From the NCBI GenBank assembly GCA_036268405.1, contig DATAUF010000121.1, positions 9,086 through 73,085 of the forward strand: a DNA stretch of 64,000 nt. Direction: 5' to 3'. A program made the position numbers and the translations under genes. The notes beneath the pieces were generated by a model. It saw nothing but the letters and a program-made list of their open reading frames with translations. It searched no databases and had not been told where the DNA came from. Below, in pieces: positions 60,336-64,000 of the stretch; the first letter of the stretch is position 1, and every line of letters begins with the position of its first letter. The stretch comes from Mycobacteriales bacterium. GTDB taxonomy: Bacteria; Actinomycetota; Actinomycetes; JAFAQI01.

Positions 60336-61381
60336 ACGTCGTCGACGGCGCGTTGTGGCGGCGTACGCCGATGGTCCTGCGTCATGGCCTTCCCGCTGTC
60401 GCCGGCCTTGGGCTGCTGCTCGTCGTCACCGGCCGGCTGTCGGACTACCGCAACACCCAGCTCGCGCAGATCGCGACGGAAGTCTGCGCAGTCGCGGGGC
60501 TGACCGTGCTCACCGGGTTGTCAGGTCAGATCTCGCTGGGCAACGGCGCCTTCATGTTTGTCGGCGCCTACACCGTCGCGCTGCTGTTGAACCATCACCC
60601 CAGTGCCAACAACGGCGAGTTCGTCCTGATCCTGCTGGCGGCCGTCCTCGTCGCTGCGGTAGTGGGAGGACTTGTCGGCATTGCCGCGGCCCGGCTGCGC
60701 GGGCCCTATCTCGCCGGCGTCACGCTCGCGCTCGCATTGGGGCTCCCGGTGCTGCCGAAGTACTCGCATCTGCAGGGTCCGCTGGGCGGTCATGCCGGGT
60801 TCTCCGTCAACGCGCCGGCCGGTCCGAGCAGCATCGACTTCTTCCGCTGGCAAGCCTGGGTGTGCTGCGTCGCGGCGGTCCTCACGCTCTTCTTGCTGGC
60901 GAACCTGTCTCGAAGCCGGGTCGGTCGCGCCTTCCGAGCGGTCCGTGACGACGAGATCGCGGCGTCGCTTGCCGGCATGTCGGTGGCCCGTGTCCAGGTG
61001 CTCGCATTCGTGGTGAGCGCCGCTTGTGCGGGCCTGGCGGGAGGCCTTGCTGCTGATGTCGCAGGCAGCGTCGGCCCCGACTCGTTCTCGCTCACGCTGT
61101 CATTGGGCCTGTTGTCCGCGGCCGTCTTCGGCGGGCTCGGCACACTCAGTGGCGCGGTCTACGGCTCGATCGTGATCATCCTGCTCCCGCAGTGGTCGCA
61201 CGATCTGGCCAACCACGTGTCGCTGTCGATCAACGTCGTGAACAACCTGCCCTACGCCCTCTACGGGCTTGCGCTGATCGTCGGAATGCTGATCTTCCCG
61301 CTCGGAATCCAAGGTTTGGTACGTCGCCTCAGGCGCGCAATCGCCGTCCGGGTGCCGCAGTCACGGACGGTCGCCGAGTAA
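60332..61381 (+). CDS. Branched-chain amino acid ABC transporter permease (LivM-like)
   Basis: LTGLSGQISLGNGAFMFVGAY, FRAVRDDEIAASLAG. ATGA junction. Confidence 0.8.
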   Translation: MNVVDGALWRRTPMVLRHGLPAVAGLGLLLVVTGRLSDYRNTQLAQIATEVCAVAGLTVLTGLSGQISLGNGAFMFVGAYTVALLLNHHPSANNGEFVLILLAAVLVAAVVGGLVGIAAARLRGPYLAGVTLALALGLPVLPKYSHLQGPLGGHAGFSVNAPAGPSSIDFFRWQAWVCCVAAVLTLFLLANLSRSRVGRAFRAVRDDEIAASLAGMSVARVQVLAFVVSAACAGLAGGLAADVAGSVGPDSFSLTLSLGLLSAAVFGGLGTLSGAVYGSIVIILLPQWSHDLANHVSLSINVVNNLPYALYGLALIVGMLIFPLGIQGLVRRLRRAIAVRVPQSRTVAE

Positions 61382-61490
61382 CACTCCGCTGAATAACACC
61401 TAGGGAACGAAACCGCCGGGTGACTAGGCACCGAACCGGATTCGGCGTAGGTTCCGGCCAGCAACCGGCCAATGATGATCGGGAGGACCT

Positions 61491-62816
61491 ATGAACAAGG
61501 CGTCGGCACGCCTTCTTGCAGCGGGCGCGGTGGTGGCAGTCGTTGCCACTGCGTGTGGTGGGAGCAGTAGCGGAGGGAGTGGCGGAAACGGCTCGGCGGC
61601 GGTGCCAGGCGTGACCGCGACGACGATCACCATCGGCAGTCACCAGCCGCTGACCGGCATCGCGGCACCGGGTTACGACGAGATCGCGCCCGCCTCGGCC
61701 GCGTATTTCAAGTGGGTCAACGCCCACGGGGGCATCAACGGTCGCACCATCAACTTCAAGTACCTCGACGATGCCTACAACCCCGCCACGACGTCCACCG
61801 TTGTCACCAAGCTGGTCGAGCAGGACAAGGTCTTCGGGATCTTCGAGGGTCTCGGCACGCCGACTCACGAGGCCGTCGTCAACCGCCTCAACCAGGAGAA
61901 GGTGCCCGACTTGTTCGTGGCGTCCGGTTGCCTGTGCTGGAACAACCCGAGCCAGGATCCCGAGACGTTCGGGTGGCTGCCCGACTACACCCGCGAGGGC
62001 AAGATCCTCGGGCAGTATGTGAAGCAGAACTTCGCTGGCAAGAAGATCGGGATCTTCGCTCAGGGCGACGACTTCGGTCAGAACGGGATCAAGGGCTTCG
62101 AGGACGAGATCCCCGCTAGCCAGATCGCGTCGATCCAGCAGTACGACCCCACCAACACGACCATCACGCCGCTCGTGAAGAAGCTGAAGGATGCCGGCGC
62201 GCAGGTTGTCGTGTCGTTCACCGTTCCGGCATTCACCGCGCTGCTGAAGCTGACCTCGTTGCAGCTGGGATTCAGCCCGCAGCTGGTAGTCAGCAGCGTC
62301 GGATCCGACCCGGTCACTCTCGCGGGTCTGATCACGGCGTTCGCCAAGCAGGGTGGTACGACGCTCAAGGGCGAAGACCTGATCCAGGGCATCGTCACCG
62401 ACGGCTACCTGCCGTCGGCCGCCGATCCCAGCAACAGCTGGATCAAGCTGTTCGAGAAGATCTACAAGAAGTACATGCCTGCCAAGACGTATCCGGCGTT
62501 CGACGGCAACATCGAGTACGGCATGGCATCGGCGTACACCTTCGCCCAGGCGCTCGTTGCGGCGGGGAAGAACCTGACGCGCGCCGACATCGTCTCGGCA
62601 GTGGAGGGCGGCCTGACGGGTGGCCCGAACCTGGTGCCGTACGCGTACTCGTCGAGTGACCACTCCGGCATTACGGGTGTGCAGATGGGTGTCATCAACG
62701 GGCTCAGCATCAAGCTGCAGGGCACGCCGCTGACAACCGACGACGGCTCGGGAGCCATCACGCCGTACACCACGGCAGAGGCAACCGCGCCGGCGAACGG
62801 CATCCCGACGGGTTGA
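61491..62816 (+). CDS. ABC transporter substrate-binding lipoprotein (LivJ/K-like, type I PBP)
   Basis: Lipobox VVATAC. ITIGSHQPLTGIAAPGYDEIAPASAAYFKWVNAHGGINGRTINFKYLDD. GGGAGGA RBS. Confidence 0.8.
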   Translation: MNKASARLLAAGAVVAVVATACGGSSSGGSGGNGSAAVPGVTATTITIGSHQPLTGIAAPGYDEIAPASAAYFKWVNAHGGINGRTINFKYLDDAYNPATTSTVVTKLVEQDKVFGIFEGLGTPTHEAVVNRLNQEKVPDLFVASGCLCWNNPSQDPETFGWLPDYTREGKILGQYVKQNFAGKKIGIFAQGDDFGQNGIKGFEDEIPASQIASIQQYDPTNTTITPLVKKLKDAGAQVVVSFTVPAFTALLKLTSLQLGFSPQLVVSSVGSDPVTLAGLITAFAKQGGTTLKGEDLIQGIVTDGYLPSAADPSNSWIKLFEKIYKKYMPAKTYPAFDGNIEYGMASAYTFAQALVAAGKNLTRADIVSAVEGGLTGGPNLVPYAYSSSDHSGITGVQMGVINGLSIKLQGTPLTTDDGSGAITPYTTAEATAPANGIPTG

Positions 62817-62831
62817 TCTGAGAGTGCACCT

Positions 62832-62870
62832 GTCGATGGCCGGCCCGGGGTATCCGGGCCGGCCATCGAC
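62832..62870 (+). terminator. Intrinsic terminator-like hairpin (perfect 17-bp GC-rich stem, 5-nt loop)
   Basis: GTCGATGGCCGGCCCGG-ggtat-CCGGGCCGGCCATCGAC starts 16 nt after the binding-protein stop. There is no U-tract, which is common in actinobacteria. Confidence 0.6.
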
Positions 62871-62926
62871 ATCCGGACCGGCAATCGGCCCGGCCATGAG
62901 CACTGCTACGGCAAACTGATCGCCTG

Positions 62927-63454
62927 ATGACCGAACCGCCGAAGATCACACCTGGCGAGCGCTTCGCCGACGCAGAGCAGTGGGACCACGCCCGGGCGAC
63001 TCCGCCGCACCTGTGGGCCACCCTTGGCTACCGCAGGCTGTCGTGGGCGCCGGGTGCTACCTCGATCGCCTGGGACGCCACTCCCGACTACTGCTTCCGG
63101 ACCGCCGGCGGACCGATCGTCCAGGGCGGGCTGGTGACCGCGTTGCTCGACGCCGCGATGGGTGGAGCGTGCTGGACGGTCCTCGACCGCGACCAGGCGT
63201 TCCTCACCGCGGACCTGCGAGTCGAGTTTCTTCGGTCGGCAGAGGCGGGCACGTTATCGGCGCGCGGCTGGGTCGTACGCCGCACTCGCAGGGTGGTCTT
63301 CTGCGCCGCGGAGCTCTATCGCGGTGAGACGGCTGGCGAGGTGCTGGCGTCGAGCCGCTGCACCCAGGTCGTCCTTCCGGCAGAGGGCCGGGCTGGGCGC
63401 TACCAGCAATCGGGGGAGCCGGATGCCGCTCCGCCCGAGGACGCGCGAGGATGA
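62927..63454 (+). CDS. PaaI/hotdog-fold thioesterase
   Basis: GGPIVQGGLVTALLDAAMGGA...LTADLRVEFLRSA...GTLSARGWVVRRTRRVVFCAAEL. Confidence 0.7.
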   Translation: MTEPPKITPGERFADAEQWDHARATPPHLWATLGYRRLSWAPGATSIAWDATPDYCFRTAGGPIVQGGLVTALLDAAMGGACWTVLDRDQAFLTADLRVEFLRSAEAGTLSARGWVVRRTRRVVFCAAELYRGETAGEVLASSRCTQVVLPAEGRAGRYQQSGEPDAAPPEDARG

Positions 63455-63458
63455 GCCG

Positions 63459-64000
63459 ATGAGCAACGACCTGGCGGCGCTGACCGAGCAGGCGGCGCCG
63501 CACGAGGCCGTCGGCCGCTATCTGTCCGAGCAGCTCGGCGACGACGGCTGGCGCGACTGCCGGCTGGAGCTCATTGCCGGCGGCAAGTCCAACCTGACCT
63601 TCATGGTGAGCGCGACCGCGGGTGACGCGGTGCTGCGCCGGCCGCCGCTGTCCAACCGGCTGCCGACTGCGCACGACATGGGGCGCGAGCACCGGGTGAT
63701 GACGGCGCTGGGCGCGACGGCGGTGCCGGTCCCGAAGACCCTCGCGCTGTGCACCGATGACGACGTGATCGGTGCGCCGTTCTACGTGATGGATCGAGTT
63801 GTCGGGCACATCGTGCGCGACTCGCTGCCCGACGGCTACGCGGAGTCCCACGAGGAGCGCGCGGCGATCTCCTACGGCCTGATCGAAGTGCTCGCCGACC
63901 TGCACGCCGTTGATCCTGCCGCTGTGGGCCTCGGCGACTACGGCAAGCCGCATGGCTATCTCGAACGGCAGATCCGGCGCTGGACCTCGCAGTGGGAGGC
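63459..64000 (+). CDS. Phosphotransferase (APH/choline-kinase fold, acyl-CoA-dehydrogenase-associated type), 3'-truncated by the window edge
   Basis: Absent from the ORF track because it has no stop in the window. ATG 63459: MSNDLAALTEQ...LIAGGKSNLTFMV...VLRRPP...AHDMGREHRVMTAL...PFYVMDRVVG...ERQIRRWTSQWE. Confidence 0.7.
   Translation, partial: MSNDLAALTEQAAPHEAVGRYLSEQLGDDGWRDCRLELIAGGKSNLTFMVSATAGDAVLRRPPLSNRLPTAHDMGREHRVMTALGATAVPVPKTLALCTDDDVIGAPFYVMDRVVGHIVRDSLPDGYAESHEERAAISYGLIEVLADLHAVDPAAVGLGDYGKPHGYLERQIRRWTSQWE

Noticed and set aside
1-64000. Looked for CRISPR arrays, rRNA, IS elements/transposases, integrases and phage genes
   Set aside because: I saw no regularly spaced direct repeats, no rRNA-like sequence and no transposase or integrase motifs. 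The only mobile-element-like gene is the DUF222/HNH protein at 30515-31699.

Overview
High-GC actinobacterial chromosomal segment. The taxon is inferred from an mce operon tail, a mycothiol/DinB-type enzyme, an EphD-like fusion, an Rv1318c-type HAMP adenylate cyclase and the orn/tRNA-His arrangement. I call about 60 protein-coding genes, 2 tRNAs (His-GTG, Arg-TCT), several strong hairpin terminators and a few candidate operators. I found no rRNA, CRISPR array or transposase/IS element. All functions come from reading the translated ORFs for motifs I recognise; no database search was possible. Many long ORFs in the track are antisense shadow frames typical of ~70% GC DNA and were rejected.

Layout:
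- 0-3.2 kb: end of an mce operon.
- 3.2-19.3 kb: TetR-controlled oxygenase/hydrolase modules, small accessory operons, an M29 aminopeptidase.
- 20-27.6 kb: a branched-chain-amino-acid-type ABC importer in which both permeases and both ATPases are fused into one 1218-aa protein, preceded by a binding protein and an unknown tail-anchored surface protein.
- 27.7-31.7 kb: a FAD/NAD(P)-binding-TPR fusion and a DUF222/HNH (13E12-like) gene.
- 31.9-46.6 kb: the most interesting locus (below).
- 47-64 kb: housekeeping and accessory genes, including a second, conventional split Liv-type ABC system.

The 31.9-46.6 kb locus starts with a persulfide dioxygenase-rhodanese / cysteine dioxygenase-like / rhodanese operon. 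It is divergent from a seven-gene operon whose junctions all overlap by 1-4 nt. That operon opens with an enlarged secreted SBP56 (selenium-binding protein / methanethiol oxidase)-like protein and a CopC-CopD-periplasmic-binding-protein triple fusion. It continues into lipoproteins and a four-member paralogous family of uncharacterised secreted proteins with alternative anchors. An internally duplicated 4-TM membrane protein accompanies them. I propose this as a candidate undescribed copper-dependent envelope organosulfur/thiol oxidation system. This is inference and needs HMM, structure and expression tests.
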